Positions 12,501 through 28,061 of a stretch of DNA of 64,000 nucleotides are shown here, one piece after another. Both the position numbers and the translations under genes were made by a program. Origin of the DNA: Auanema rhodensis (taxonomy: Eukaryota; Animalia; Nematoda). A model generated the notes under the pieces. That model made no database searches. It was not told where the DNA came from and saw only the letters and a program-made list of their open reading frames with translations. The stretch is from contig OZ059900.1 in NCBI GenBank assembly GCA_964057225.1, positions 1,922,001 to 1,986,000 on the forward strand, given 5' to 3'. The number at the start of each line of letters is the position of its first letter. The stretch's first letter is position 1.

Positions 12501-15500
12501 TTGATCATATTCGTTAAGATTTGAAAATCAAACACACAATAAACAAAATCAGTCTATTTTTATGAGTTTGCACTGATATATATTCATTTTGATCAAAAAA
12601 GGTCGAAAATAGAAAGAATTTTTGAATTTTCCGAGTTTTGAGTCCAATTGGGCTAAATCGCTCATATATATGATCAAAAGCATAGTTTTACTGTCTATGA
12701 TAACAAAAGTCTTCAAATATACACTAATAATGTGTAAATCACTGAATTTCACTCAAATAGCTTTACTACACTAAGTATGGTCGTTTTTATGCCTTTAACA
12801 CCATATACTCACCGATTTTTGGTACAAAATCTGTGATACTCGTAAATTTTGATCATATTCGTTAAGATTTGAGAATCAAACATACAATACACAAAATCAG
12901 TCTATTTTTATGAGCTTGCACTGATATATATTCATTTTGATCAAAAAAGGTCGAAAATAGAAAGAATTTTTGAAATTTCCGAGTTTTGAGTCTAATTTGG
13001 CTAAATCGCTCATATATAAGATCAGAAGCATAGTTTTATTGTCTATGACAACAAAAATCATCAATTAAACGCTAGTGATATTTAAATACTGATTTTCGCT
13101 CAAATAGCATTACTACACTAAGTATGGTCGTTTTTATGCCTTTAACACCATATACTCACCGATTTTTGGTACAAAATCTGTAATACTCGTAAATTTTGAT
13201 CATATTCGGTGAGATTCGAGAATCAAACACACAATACACGAAATAAGTTTATTTTGACGAGTTTGCACTGATATTTATTCATTTTGATCAAAAAAGGTCG
13301 AAAATAGAGAGAATTTTTGAATTTTCCGAGTTTTGAGTCCAATTGGGCTAAATCGCTCATATATATGATCAAAAGCATAGTTTTACTGTCTATGATAACA
13401 AAAGTCTTCAAATATACACTAATAATGATTAAATCACTGAATTTCACTCAAATAGCATTACTACACTAAGTATGGTCGTTTTTATGCCTTTAACACCATA
13501 TACTCACCGATTTTTGGTACAAAATCTGTGATACTCGTAAATTTTGATCATATTCGGTGAGATTCGAGAATCGAACACACAATACACGAAATAAGTCTAT
13601 TTTTACGAGTTTGCACTGATATTTATTCATTTTGATCAAAAAAGGTCGAAAATAGAAAGAATTTTTGAAATTTCCGAGTTTTGAGTCTAATTTGGCTAAA
13701 TCGCTCATATATATGATCAAAAGCATAGTTTTACTGTCTATGATAACAAAAGTCTTCAAATATACACTAATAATGTGTAAATCACTGAATTTCACTCAAA
13801 TAGCTTTACTACACTAAGTATGGTCGTTTTTATGCCTTTAACACCATATACTCACCGATTTTTGGTACAAAATCTGTAATACTCGTAAATTTCGATCATA
13901 TTCGTTAAGATTCGAGAATCAAACACACAATACACGAAATAAGTTTATTTTTACCAGTTTGCACTGATATTTATTCATTTTGATCAAAAAAGGTCGAAAA
14001 TAGAAAGAATTTTTGAATTTTCCGAGTTTTGAGTCCAATTGGGCTAAATCGCTCATATATATGATCAAAAGCATAGTTTCACTGTCTATGATAACAAAAG
14101 TCTTCAAATATACACTAGTAATGATTAAATCACTGAATTTCACTCAAATAGCTTTACTACACTAAGTATGGTCGTTTTTATGCCTTTAACACCATATACT
14201 CACCGATTTTTGGTACAAAATCTGTAATACTCGTAAATTTTGATCATATCCGTTAAGATTCGAGAATCAAACACACAATACACGAAATAAGTTTATTTTT
14301 ACGAGTTTGCACTGATATTTATTCATTTTGATCAAAAAAGGTCGAAAATAGAAAGAATTTTTGAATTTTCCGAGTTTTGAGTCCAATTGGGCTAAATCGC
14401 TCATATATATGATCAAAAGCATAGTTTCACTGTCTATGATAACAAAAGTCTTCAAATATACACTAGTAATGATTAAATCACTGAATTTCACTCAAATAGC
14501 ATTACTACACTAAGTATGGTCGTTTTTATGCCTTTAACACCATATACTCACCGATTTTTGGTACAAAATCTGTAATACTTGTAAATTTTGATCATATTCG
14601 TTAAGATTTGAGAATCAAACACATAATACACGAAATAAGTCTTTTTTTACAAGTTTGCACTGATATTTATTCATTTTGATCAAAAAAGGTCGAAAATAGA
14701 AAGAATTTTTGAAATTTCCGAGTTTTGAGTCCAATTTGGCTAAATCGCTCATATATATGATCAAAAGCATAGTTCTATTGTCTATAACAACAAAAGTCTT
14801 TAAATAAACGCTAGTGATGTTTTAATACTGAATTTCGCTCAAATAGCATTACTACACTAAGTATGGTCGTTTTTATGCCTTTAACACCATATACTCACCG
14901 ATTTTTGGTACAAAATCTGTAATACTTGTAAATTTTGATCATATTCGTTAAGATTCGAAAATCAAACACACAATACACGAAATAAGTTTATTTTTACAAG
15001 TTTGCACTGATATTTATTCATTTTGATCAAAAAAGGTCGAAAATAGAAAGAATTTTTGAAATTTCCGAGTTTTGAGTCTAATTTGGCTAAATCGCTCATA
15101 TATATGATCAAAAGCATAGTTTTATTGTCTATAACAACAAAAGTCATCAATTAAACGCTAGTGATGTTTAAATACTGAATTTCGCTCAAATAGCATTACT
15201 ACACTAAGTATGGTCGTTTTTATGCCTTTAACACCATATACTCACCGATTTTTGGTACAAAATCTGTAATACTCGTAAATTTTGATCATATTTGTTAAGA
15301 TTTGAGAATCAAACATACAATACACAAAATCAATCTATTTTTATGAGCTTGCACTGATATATATTCATTTTGATCAAAAAAGGTCGAAAATAGAAAGAAT
15401 TTTTGAAATTTCCGAGTTTTGAGTCTAATTTGGCTAAATCGCTCATATATAAGATCAGAAGCATAGTTTTATTGTCTATGACAACAAAAATCATCAATTA

Positions 15501-15790
15501 AACGCTAGTGATATTTAAATACTGATTTTCGCTCAAATAGCATTACTACACTAAGTATGGTCGTTTTTATGCCTTTAACACCATATACTCACCGATTTTT
15601 GGTACAAAATCTGTAATACTCGTAAATTTTGATCATATTCGTTAAGATTTGAAAATCAAACACACAATAAACAAAATCAGTCTATTTTTATGAGTTTGCA
15701 CTGATATATATTCATTTTGATCAAAAAAGGTCGAAAATAGAAAGAATTTTTGAATTTTCCGAGTTTTGAGTCCAATTGGGCTAAATCGCT
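9540..15790. repeat. Tandem duplication of a 9-monomer unit (period 3128 bp)
   Basis: Monomer order repeats at +3128 (10095/13223, 10362/13490, 10791/13919, 11139/14267, 11834/14962). The private variant ATAGAGAGAAT is seen only near 10181 and 13309. Boundaries are approximate. Confidence 0.85.
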
Positions 15791-18700
15791 CATATATATA
15801 ATCAAAAGCATAGTTTTACTGTCTATGATAACAAAAGTCATCAATTAAACGCTAGTGATGTTTAAATACTGATTTTCGCTCAAATAGCATTACTACACTA
15901 AGTATGGTCGTTTTTATGCCTTTAACACCATATACTCACCGATTTTTGGTACAAAATCTGTGATACTCGTAAATTTTGATCATATTCGGTGAGATTCGAG
16001 AATCAAACACACAATACACGAAATAAGTTTATTTTTATGAGTTTGCACTGATATATATTCATTTTGATCAAAAAAGGTCGAAAATAGAAAGAATTTTTGA
16101 ATTTTCCGAGTTTTGAGTCTAATTTGGCTAAATCGCTCATATATATGATCAAAAGCATAGTTTTATTGTCTATAACAACAAAAGTCATCAATTAAACGCT
16201 AGTGATGTTTAAATACTGAATTTCGCTCAAATAGCATTACTACACTAAGTATGGTCGTTTTTATGCCTTTAACACCATATACTCACCGATTTTTGGTACA
16301 AAATCTGTAATACTCGTAAATTTTGATCATATTCGTTAAGATTTGAGAATCAAACACACAATACACGAAATAAGTTTATTTTGACGAGTTTGCACTGATA
16401 TTTATTCATTTTGATCAAAAAAGGTCGAAAATAGAAAGAATTTTTGAATTTTCCGAGTTTTGAGTCCAATTGGGCTAAATCGCTCATATATATGATCAAA
16501 AGCATAGTTTTACTGTCTATGATAACAAAAGTCTTCAAATATACACTAATAATGATTAAATCACTGAATTTCACTCAAATAGCATTACTACACTAAGTAT
16601 GGTCGTTTTTATGCCTTTAACACCATATACTCACCGATTTTTGGTACAAAATCTGTGATACTCGTAAATTTTGATCATATTCGGTGAGATTCGAGAATCG
16701 AACACACAATACACGAAATAAGTCTATTTTTACGAGTTTGCACTGATATTTATTCATTTTGATCAAAAAAGGTCGAAAATAGAAAGAATTTTTGAAATTT
16801 CCGAGTTTTGAGTCTAATTTGGCTAAATCGCTCATATATATGATCAAAAGCATAGTTTTACTGTCTATGATAACAAAAGTCTTCAAATATACACTAATAA
16901 TGTGTAAATCACTGAATTTCACTCAAATAGCTTTACTACACTAAGTATGGTCGTTTTTATGCCTTTAACACCATATACTCACCGATTTTTGGTACAAAAT
17001 CTGTAATACTCGTAAATTTCGATCATATTCGTTAAGATTCGAGAATCAAACACACAATACACGAAATAAGTTTATTTTTACCAGTTTGCACTGATATTTA
17101 TTCATTTTGATCAAAAAAGGTCGAAAATAGAAAGAATTTTTGAATTTTCCGAGTTTTGAGTCCAATTGGGCTAAATCGCTCATATATATGATCAAAAGCA
17201 TAGTTTCACTGTCTATGATAACAAAAGTCTTCAAATATACACTAGTAATGATTAAATCACTGAATTTCACTCAAATAGCTTTACTACACTAAGTATGGTC
17301 GTTTTTATGCCTTTAACACCATATACTCACCGATTTTTGGTACAAAATCTGTGATACTCGTAAATTTTGATCATATTCGGTGAGATTCGAGAATCAAACA
17401 CACAATACACGAAATAAGTTTATTTTTACGAGTTTGCACTGATATTTATTCATTTTGATCAAAAAAGGTCGAAAATAGAAAGAATTTTTGAAATTTCCGA
17501 GTTTTGAGTCTAATTTGGCTAAATCGCTCATATATATGATCAAAAGCATAGTTTTATTGTCTATGATAACAAAAGTCTTCAAATATACACTAATAATGTG
17601 TAAATCACTGAATTTCACTCAAATAGCTTTACTACACTAAGTATGGTCGTTTTTATGCCTTTAACACCATATACTCACCGATTTTTGGTACAAAATCTGT
17701 GATACTCGTAAATTTTGATCATATTCGTTAAGATTTGAGAATCAAACATACAATACACAAAATCAGTCTATTTTTATGAGCTTGCACTGATATATATTCA
17801 TTTTGATCAAAAAAGGTCGAAAATAGAAAGAATTTTTGAAATTTCCGAGTTTTGAGTCTAATTTGGCTAAATCGCTCATATATAAGATCAGAAGCATAGT
17901 TTTATTGTCTATGACAACAAAAATCATCAATTAAACGCTAGTGATATTTAAATACTGATTTTCGCTCAAATAGCATTACTACACTAAGTATGGTCGTTTT
18001 TATGCCTTTAACACCATATACTCACCGATTTTTGGTACAAAATCTGTAATACTCGTAAATTTTGATCATATTCGGTGAGATTCGAGAATCAAACACACAA
18101 TACACAAAATAAGTTTATTTTGACGAGTTTGCACTGATATTTATTCATTTTGATCAAAAAAGGTCGAAAATAGAAAGAATTTTTGAAATTTCCGAGTTTT
18201 GAGTCTAATTTGGCTAAATCGCTCATATATATGATCAAAAGCATAGTTTTATTGTCTATGACAACAAAAGTCATCAATTAAACGCTAGTGATGTTTAAAT
18301 ACTGAATTTCGCTCAAGTAGCATTACTACACTAAGTATGGTCGTTTTTATGCCTTTAACACCATATACTCACCGATTTTTGGTACAAAATCTGTAATACT
18401 CGTAAATTTTGATCATATTCGGTGAGATTCGAGAATCAAACACACAATACACGAAATAAGTTTATTTTGACGAGTTTGCACTGATATTTATTCATTTTGA
18501 TCAAAAAAGGTCGAAAATAGAAAGAATTTTTGAATTTTCCGAGTTTTGAGTCCAATTGGGCTAAATCGCTCATATATATGATCAAAAGCATAGTTTTACT
18601 GTCTATGATAACAAAAGTCTTCAAATATACACTAATAATGATTAAATCACTGAATTTCACTCAAATAACATTACTACACTAAGTATGGTCGTTTTTATGC

Positions 18701-21700
18701 CTTTAACACCATATACTCACCGATTTTTGGTACAAAATCTGTGATACTCGTAAATTTTGATCATATTCGGTGAGATTCGAGAATCGAACACACAATACAC
18801 GAAATAAGTCTATTTTTACGAGTTTGCACTGATATTTATTCATTTTGATCAAAAAAGGTCGAAAATAGAAAGAATTTTTGAAATTTCCGAGTTTTGAGTC
18901 TAATTTGGCTAAATCGCTCATATATATGATCAAAAGCATAGTTTTACTGTCTATGATAACAAAAGTCTTCAAATATACACTAATAATGTGTAAATCACTG
19001 AATTTCACTCAAATAGCTTTACTACACTAAGTATGGTCGTTTTTATGCCTTTAACACCATATACTCACCGATTTTTGGTACAAAATCTGTGATACTCGTA
19101 AATTTTGATCATATTCGGTGAGATTCGAGAATCGAACACACAATACACGAAATAAGTCTATTTTTACGAGTTTGCACTGATATTTATTCATTTTGATCAA
19201 AAAAGGTCGAAAATAGAAAGAATTTTTGAAATTTCCGAGTTTTGAGTCTAATTTGGCTAAATCGCTCATATATATGATCAAAAGCATAGTTTTACTGTCT
19301 ATGATAACAAAAGTCTTCAAATATACACTAATAATGTGTAAATCACTGAATTTCACTCAAATAGCTTTACTACACTAAGTATGGTCGTTTTTATGCCTTT
19401 AACACCATATACTCACCGATTTTTGGTACAAAATCTGTAATACTCGTAAATTTCGATCATATTCGTTAAGATTCGAGAATCAAACACACAATACACGAAA
19501 TAAGTTTATTTCTACCAGTTTGCACTGATATTTATTCATTTTGATCAAAAAAGGTCGAAAATAGAAAGAATTTTTGAATTTTCCGAGTTTTGAGTCCAAT
19601 TGGGCTAAATCGCTCATATATATGATCAAAAGCATAGTTTCACTGTCTATGATAACAAAAGTCTTCAAATATACACTAGTAATGATTAAATCACTGAATT
19701 TCACTCAAATAGCTTTACTACACTAAGTATGGTCGTTTTTATGCCTTTAACACCATATACTCACCGATTTTTGGTACAAAATCTGTGATACTCGTAAATT
19801 TTGATCATATTCGGTGAGATTCGAGAATCAAACACACAATACACGAAATAAGTTTATTTTTACGAGTTTGCACTGATATTTATTCATTTTGATCAAAAAA
19901 GGTCGAAAATAGAAAGAATTTTTGAAATTTCCGAGTTTTGAGTCTAATTTGGCTAAATCGCTCATATATATGATCAAAAGCATAGTTTTACTGTCTATGA
20001 TAACAAAAGTCTTCAAATATACACTAATAATGTGTAAATCACTGAATTTCACTCAAATAGCTTTACTACACTAAGTATGGTCGTTTTTATGCCTTTAACA
20101 CCATATACTCACCGATTTTTGGTACAAAATCTGTGATACTCGTAAATTTTGATCATATTCGTTAAGATTTGAGAATCAAACATACAATACACAAAATCAG
20201 TCTATTTTTATGAGCTTGCACTGATATATATTCATTTTGATCAAAAAAGGTCGAAAATAGAAAGAATTTTTGAAATTTCCGAGTTTTGAGTCTAATTTGG
20301 CTAAATCGCTCATATATAAGATCAGAAGCATAGTTTTATTGTCTATGACAACAAAAATCATCAATTAAACGCTAGTGATATTTAAATACTGATTTTCGCT
20401 CAAATAGCATTACTACACTAAGTATGGTCGTTTTTATGCCTTTAACACCATATACTCACCGATTTTTGGTACAAAATCTGTAATACTCGTAAATTTTGAT
20501 CATATTCGGTGAGATTCGAGAATCAAACACACAATACACGAAATAAGTTTATTTTGACGAGTTTGCACTGATATTTATTCATTTTGATCAAAAAAGGTCG
20601 AAAATAGAAAGAATTTTTGAATTTTCCGAGTTTTGAGTCCAATTGGGCTAAATCGCTCATATATATGATCAAAAGCATAGTTTTACTGTCTATGATAACA
20701 AAAGTCTTCAAATATACACTAATAATGATTAAATCACTGAATTTCACTCAAATAGCATTACTACACTAAGTATGGTCGTTTTTATGCCTTTAACACCATA
20801 TACTCACCGATTTTTGGTACAAAATCTGTGATACTCGTAAATTTTGATCATATTCGGTGAGATTCGAGAATCGAACACACAATACACGAAATAAGTCTAT
20901 TTTTACGAGTTTGCACTGATATTTATTCATTTTGATCAAAAAAGGTCGAAAATAGAAAGAATTTTTGAAATTTCCGAGTTTTGAGTCTAATTTGGCTAAA
21001 TCGCTCATATATATGATCAAAAGCATAGTTTTACTGTCTATGATAACAAAAGTCTTCAAATATACACTAATAATGTGTAAATCACTGAATTTCACTCAAA
21101 TAGCTTTACTACACTAAGTATGGTCGTTTTTATGCCTTTAACACCATATACTCACCGATTTTTGGTACAAAATCTGTAATACTCGTAAATTTTGATCATA
21201 TTCGTTAAGATTCGAGAATCAAACACACAATACACGAAATAAGTTTATTTTTACCAGTTTGCACTGATATTTATTCATTTTGATCAAAAAAGGTCGAAAA
21301 TAGAAAGAATTTTTGAATTTTCCGAGTTTTGAGTCCAATTGGGCTAAATCGCTCATATATATGATCAAAAGCATAGTTTCACTGTCTATGATAACAAAAG
21401 TCTTCAAATATACACTAGTAATGATTAAATCACTGAATTTCACTCAAATAGCTTTACTACACTAAGTATGGTCGTTTTTATGCCTTTAACACCATATACT
21501 CACCGATTTTTGGTACAAAATCTGTAATACTCGTAAATTTTGATCATATCCGTTAAGATTCGAGAATCAAACACACAATACACGAAATAAGTTTATTTTT
21601 ACGAGTTTGCACTGATATTTATTCATTTTGATCAAAAAAGGTCGAAAATAGAAAGAATTTTTGAATTTTCCGAGTTTTGAGTCCAATTGGGCTAAATCGC

Positions 21701-23745
21701 TCATATATATGATCAAAAGCATAGTTTCACTGTCTATGATAACAAAAGTCTTCAAATATACACTAGTAATGATTAAATCACTGAATTTCACTCAAATAGC
21801 TTTACTACACTAAGTATGGTCGTTTTTATGCCTTTAACACCATATACTCACCGATTTTTGGTACAAAATCTGTAATACTCGTAAATTTTGATCATATCCG
21901 TTAAGATTCGAGAATCAAACACACAATACACAAAATAAGTTTATTTTTACGAGTTTGCACTGATATTTATTCATTTTGATCAAAAAAGGTCGAAAATAGA
22001 AAGAATTTTTGAAATTTCCGAGTTTTGAGTCCAATTTGGCTAAATCGCTCATATATATGATCAAAAGCATAGTTCTATTGTCTATAACAACAAAAGTCTT
22101 TAATTAAACGCTAGTGATGTTTTAATACTGAATTTCGCTCAAATAGCATTACTACACTAAGTATGGTCGTTTTTATGCCTTTAACACCATATACTCACCG
22201 ATTTTTGGTACAAAATCTGTAATACTTGTAAATTTTGATCATATTCGTTAAGATTCGAAAATCAAACACACAATACACGAAATAAGTTTATTTTTACAAG
22301 TTTGCACTGATATTTATTCATTTTGATCAAAAAAGGTCGAAAATAGAAAGAATTTTTGAAATTTCCGAGTTTTGAGTCTAATTTGGCTAAATCGCTCATA
22401 TATATGATCAGAAGCATAAGTGTATTGTCTATGACAACAAAAGTCATCAATTAAACGCTAGTGATGTTTAAATACTGAATTTCGCTCAAATAGCATTACT
22501 ACACTAAGTATGGTCGTTTTTATGCCTTTAACACCATATACTCACCGATTTTTGGTACAAAATCTGTAATACTCGTAAATTTTGATCATATTCGTTCAGA
22601 TTTGAGAATCAAACATACAATACACAAGATGAATCTATTTTTATGAGCTTGCACTGATATATATTCATTTTGATCAAAAAAGGTCGAAAATAGAAAGAAT
22701 TTTTGAACTTTCCGAGTTTTGAGTCTAACTTGGCTAAATCGCTCATTTATATGATCAAAAGCATAGTTTTACTGTCTATGATAACAAAAGTCTTCAAATA
22801 TACACTAATAATGTGTAAATCACTGAATTTCACTCAAATAGCTTTACTACACTAAGTATGGTCGTTTTTATGCCTTTAACACCATATACTCACCGATTTT
22901 TGGTACAAAATCTGTAATACTCGTAAATTTCGATCATATTCGTTAAGATTCGAGAATCAAACACACAATACACGAAATAAGTTTATTTTTACCAGTTTGC
23001 ACTGATATTTATTCATTTTGATCAAAAAAGGTCGAAAATAGAAAGAATTTTTGAATTTTCCGAGTTTTGAGTCCAATTGGGCTAAATCGCTCATATATAT
23101 GATCAAAAGCATAGTTTCACTGTCTATGATAACAAAAGTCTTCAAATATACACTAGTAATGATTAAATCACTGAATTTCACTCAAATAGCTTTACTACAC
23201 TAAGTATGGTCGTTTTTATGCCTTTAACACCATATACTCACCGATTTTTGGTACAAAATCTGTAATACTCGTAAATTTTGATCATATCCGTTAAGATTCG
23301 AGAATCAAACACACAATACACGAAATAAGTTTATTTTTACGAGTTTGCACTGATATTTATTCATTTTGATCAAAAAAGGTCGAAAATAGAAAGAATTTTT
23401 GAATTTTCCGAGTTTTGAGTCCAATTGGGCTAAATCGCTCATATATATGATCAAAAGCATAGTTTCACTGTCTATGATAACAAAAGTCTTCAAATATACA
23501 CTAGTAATGATTAAATCACTGAATTTCACTCAAATAGCTTTACTACACTAAGTATGGTCGTTTTTATGCCTTTAACACCATATACTCACCGATTTTTGGT
23601 ACAAAATCTGTAATACTCGTAAATTTTGATCATATCCGTTACGATTCGAGAATCAAACACACAATACACGAAATAAGTTTATTTTTACGAGTTTGCACTG
23701 ATATTTATTCATTTTGATCAAAAAAGGTCGAAAATAGAAAGAATT
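15200..23745. repeat. Block duplication copy 1 (about 8.5 kb; partner at +12862 bp, 37 monomers)
   Basis: Shared rare variants at an exact 12862 offset: AAATAACATT 18668/31530, TTTCTACCAG 19512/32374, CTAACTTGG near 22729/35591, GTTACGATTC near 23642/36504. Confidence 0.9.
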
Positions 23746-26700
23746 TTTGAAATTTCCGAGTTTTGAGTCTAATTTGGCTAAATCGCTCATATATATGATC
23801 AAAAGCATAGTTTCACTGTCTATGATAACAAAAGTCTTCAAATATACACTAGTGATGATTAAATCACTGAATTTCACTCAAATAGCATTACTACACTAAG
23901 TATGGTCGTTTTTATGCCTTTAACACCATATACTCACCGATTTTTGGTACAAAATCTGTGATACTCGTAAATTTTGATCATATTCGTTAAGATTTGAGAA
24001 TCAAACATACAATACACAAAATCAGTCTATTTTTATGAGCTTGCACTGATATATATTCATTTTGATCAAAAAAGGTCGAAAATAGAAAGAATTTTTGAAA
24101 TTTCCGAGTTTTGAGTCTAATTTGGCTAAATCGCTCATATATAAGATCAGAAGCATAGTTTTATTGTCTATGACAACAAAAATCATCAATTAAACGCTAG
24201 TGATATTTAAATACTGATTTTCGCTCAAATAGCATTACTACACTAAGTATGGTCGTTTTTATGCCTTTAACACCATATACTCACCGATTTTTGGTACAAA
24301 ATCTGTAATACTCGTAAATTTTGATCATATTCGGTGAGATTCGAGAATCAAACACACAATACACGAAATAAGTTTATTTTGACGAGTTTGCACTGATATT
24401 TATTCATTTTGATCAAAAAAGGTCGAAAATAGAAAGAATTTTTGAATTTTCCGAGTTTTGAGTCCAATTGGGCTAAATCGCTCATATATATGATCAAAAG
24501 CATAGTTTTACTGTCTATGATAACAAAAGTCTTCAAATATACACTAATAATGATTAAATCACTGAATTTCACTCAAATAGCATTACTACACTAAGTATGG
24601 TCGTTTTTATGCCTTTAACACCATATACTCACCGATTTTTGGTACAAAATCTGTGATACTCGTAAATTTTGATCATATTCGGTGAGATTCGAGAATCGAA
24701 CACACAATACACGAAATAAGTCTATTTTTACGAGTTTGCACTGATATTTATTCATTTTGATCAAAAAAGGTCGAAAATAGAAAGAATTTTTGAAATTTCC
24801 GAGTTTTGAGTCTAATTTGGCTAAATCGCTCATATATATGATCAAAAGCATAGTTTTACTGTCTATGATAACAAAAGTCTTCAAATATACACTAATAATG
24901 TGTAAATCACTGAATTTCACTCAAATAGCTTTACTACACTAAGTATGGTCGTTTTTATGCCTTTAACACCATATACTCACCGATTTTTGGTACAAAATCT
25001 GTAATACTCGTAAATTTCGATCATATTCGTTAAGATTCGAGAATCAAACACACAATACACGAAATAAGTTTATTTTTACCAGTTTGCACTGATATTTATT
25101 CATTTTGATCAAAAAAGGTCGAAAATAGAAAGAATTTTTGAATTTTCCGAGTTTTGAGTCCAATTGGGCTAAATCGCTCATATATATGATCAAAAGCATA
25201 GTTTCACTGTCTATGATAACAAAAGTCTTCAAATATACACTAGTAATGATTAAATCACTGAATTTCACTCAAATAGCTTTACTACACTAAGTATGGTCGT
25301 TTTTATGCCTTTAACACCATATACTCACCGATTTTTGGTACAAAATCTGTAATACTCGTAAATTTTGATCATATCCGTTAAGATTCGAGAATCAAACACA
25401 CAATACACGAAATAAGTTTATTTTTACGAGTTTGCACTGATATTTATTCATTTTGATCAAAAAAGGTCGAAAATAGAAAGAATTTTTGAATTTTCCGAGT
25501 TTTGAGTCCAATTGGGCTAAATCGCTCATATATATGATCAAAAGCATAGTTTCACTGTCTATGATAACAAAAGTCTTCAAATATACACTAGTAATGATTA
25601 AATCACTGAATTTCACTCAAATAGCATTACTACACTAAGTATGGTCGTTTTTATGCCTTTAACACCATATACTCACCGATTTTTGGTACAAAATCTGTAA
25701 TACTTGTAAATTTTGATCATATTCGTTAAGATTTGAGAATCAAACACATAATACACGAAATAAGTCTTTTTTTACAAGTTTGCACTGATATTTATTCATT
25801 TTGATCAAAAAAGGTCGAAAATAGAAAGAATTTTTGAAATTTCCGAGTTTTGAGTCCAATTTGGCTAAATCGCTCATATATATGATCAAAAGCATAGTTC
25901 TATTGTCTATAACAACAAAAGTCTTCAATTAAACGCTAGTGATGTTTTAATACTGAATTTCGCTCAAATAGCATTACTACACTAAGTATGGTCGTTTTTA
26001 TGCCTTTAACACCATATACTCACCGATTTTTGGTACAAAATCTGTAATACTTGTAAATTTTGATCATATTCGTTAAGATTCGAAAATCAAACACACAATA
26101 CACGAAATAAGTTTATTTTTACAAGTTTGCACTGATATTTATTCATTTTGATCAAAAAAGGTCGAAAATAGAAAGAATTTTTGAAATTTCCGAGTTTTGA
26201 GTCTAATTTGGCTAAATCGCTCATATATATGATCAAAAGCATAGTTTTATTGTCTATAACAACAAAAGTCATCAATTAAACGCTAGTGATGTTTAAATAC
26301 TGAATTTCGCTCAAATAGCATTACTACACTAAGTATGGTCGTTTTTAAGCCTTTAACACCATATACTCACCGATTTTTGGTACAAAATCTGTAATACTCG
26401 TAAATTTTGATCATATTTGTTAAGATTTGAGAATCAAACATACAATACACAAAATCAATCTATTTTTATGAGCTTGCACTGATATATATTCATTTTGATC
26501 AAAAAAGGTCGAAAATAGAAAGAATTTTTGAAATTTCCGAGTTTTGAGTCTAATTTGGCTAAATCGCTCATATATAAGATCAGAAGCATAGTTTTATTGT
26601 CTATGACAACAAAAATCATCAATTAAACGCTAGTGATATTTAAATACTGATTTTCGCTCAAATAGCATTACTACACTAAGTATGGTCGTTTTTATGCCTT

Positions 26701-28061
26701 TAACACCATATACTCACCGATTTTTGGTACAAAATCTGTAATACTCGTAAATTTTGATCATATTCGTTAAGATTTGAAAATCAAACACACAATAAACAAA
26801 ATCAGTCTATTTTTATGAGTTTGCACTGATATATATTCATTTTGATCAAAAAAGGTCGAAAATAGAAAGAATTTTTGAATTTTCCGAGTTTTGAGTCCAA
26901 TTGGGCTAAATCGCTCATATATATAATCAAAAGCATAGTTTTACTGTCTATGATAACAAAAGTCATCAATTAAACGCTAGTGATGTTTAAATACTGATTT
27001 TCGCTCAAATAGCATTACTACACTAAGTATGGTCGTTTTTATGCCTTTAACACCATATACTCACCGATTTTTGGTACAAAATCTGTGATACTCGTAAATT
27101 TTGATCATATTCGGTGAGATTCGAGAATCAAACACACAATACACGAAATAAGTTTATTTTTATGAGTTTGCACTGATATATATTCATTTTGATCAAAAAA
27201 GGTCGAAAATAGAAAGAATTTTTGAATTTTCCGAGTTTTGAGTCTAATTTGGCTAAATCGCTCATATATATGATCAAAAGCATAGTTTTATTGTCTATAA
27301 CAACAAAAGTCATCAATTAAACGCTAGTGATGTTTAAATACTGAATTTCGCTCAAATAGCATTACTACACTAAGTATGGTCGTTTTTATGCCTTTAACAC
27401 CATATACTCACCGATTTTTGGTACAAAATCTGTAATACTCGTAAATTTTGATCATATTCGTTAAGATTTGAGAATCAAACACACAATACACGAAATAAGT
27501 TTATTTTGACGAGTTTGCACTGATATTTATTCATTTTGATCAAAAAAGGTCGAAAATAGAAAGAATTTTTGAATTTTCCGAGTTTTGAGTCCAATTGGGC
27601 TAAATCGCTCATATATATGATCAAAAGCATAGTTTTACTGTCAATGATAACAAAAGTCTTCAAATATACACTAATAATGATTAAATCACTGAATTTCACT
27701 CAAATAGCATTACTACACTAAGTATGGTCGTTTTTATGCCTTTAACACCATATACTCACCGATTTTTGGTACAAAATCTGTGATACTCGTAAATTTTGAT
27801 CATATTCGGTGAGATTCGAGAATCGAACACACAATACACGAAATAAGTCTATTTTTACGAGTTTGCACTGATATTTATTCATTTTGATCAAAAAAGGTCG
27901 AAAATAGAAAGAATTTTTGAAATTTCCGAGTTTTGAGTCTAATTTGGCTAAATCGCTCATATATATGATCAAAAGCATAGTTTTACTGTCTATGATAACA
28001 AAAGTCTTCAAATATACACTAATAATGTGTAAATCACTGAATTTCACTCAAATAGCTTTAC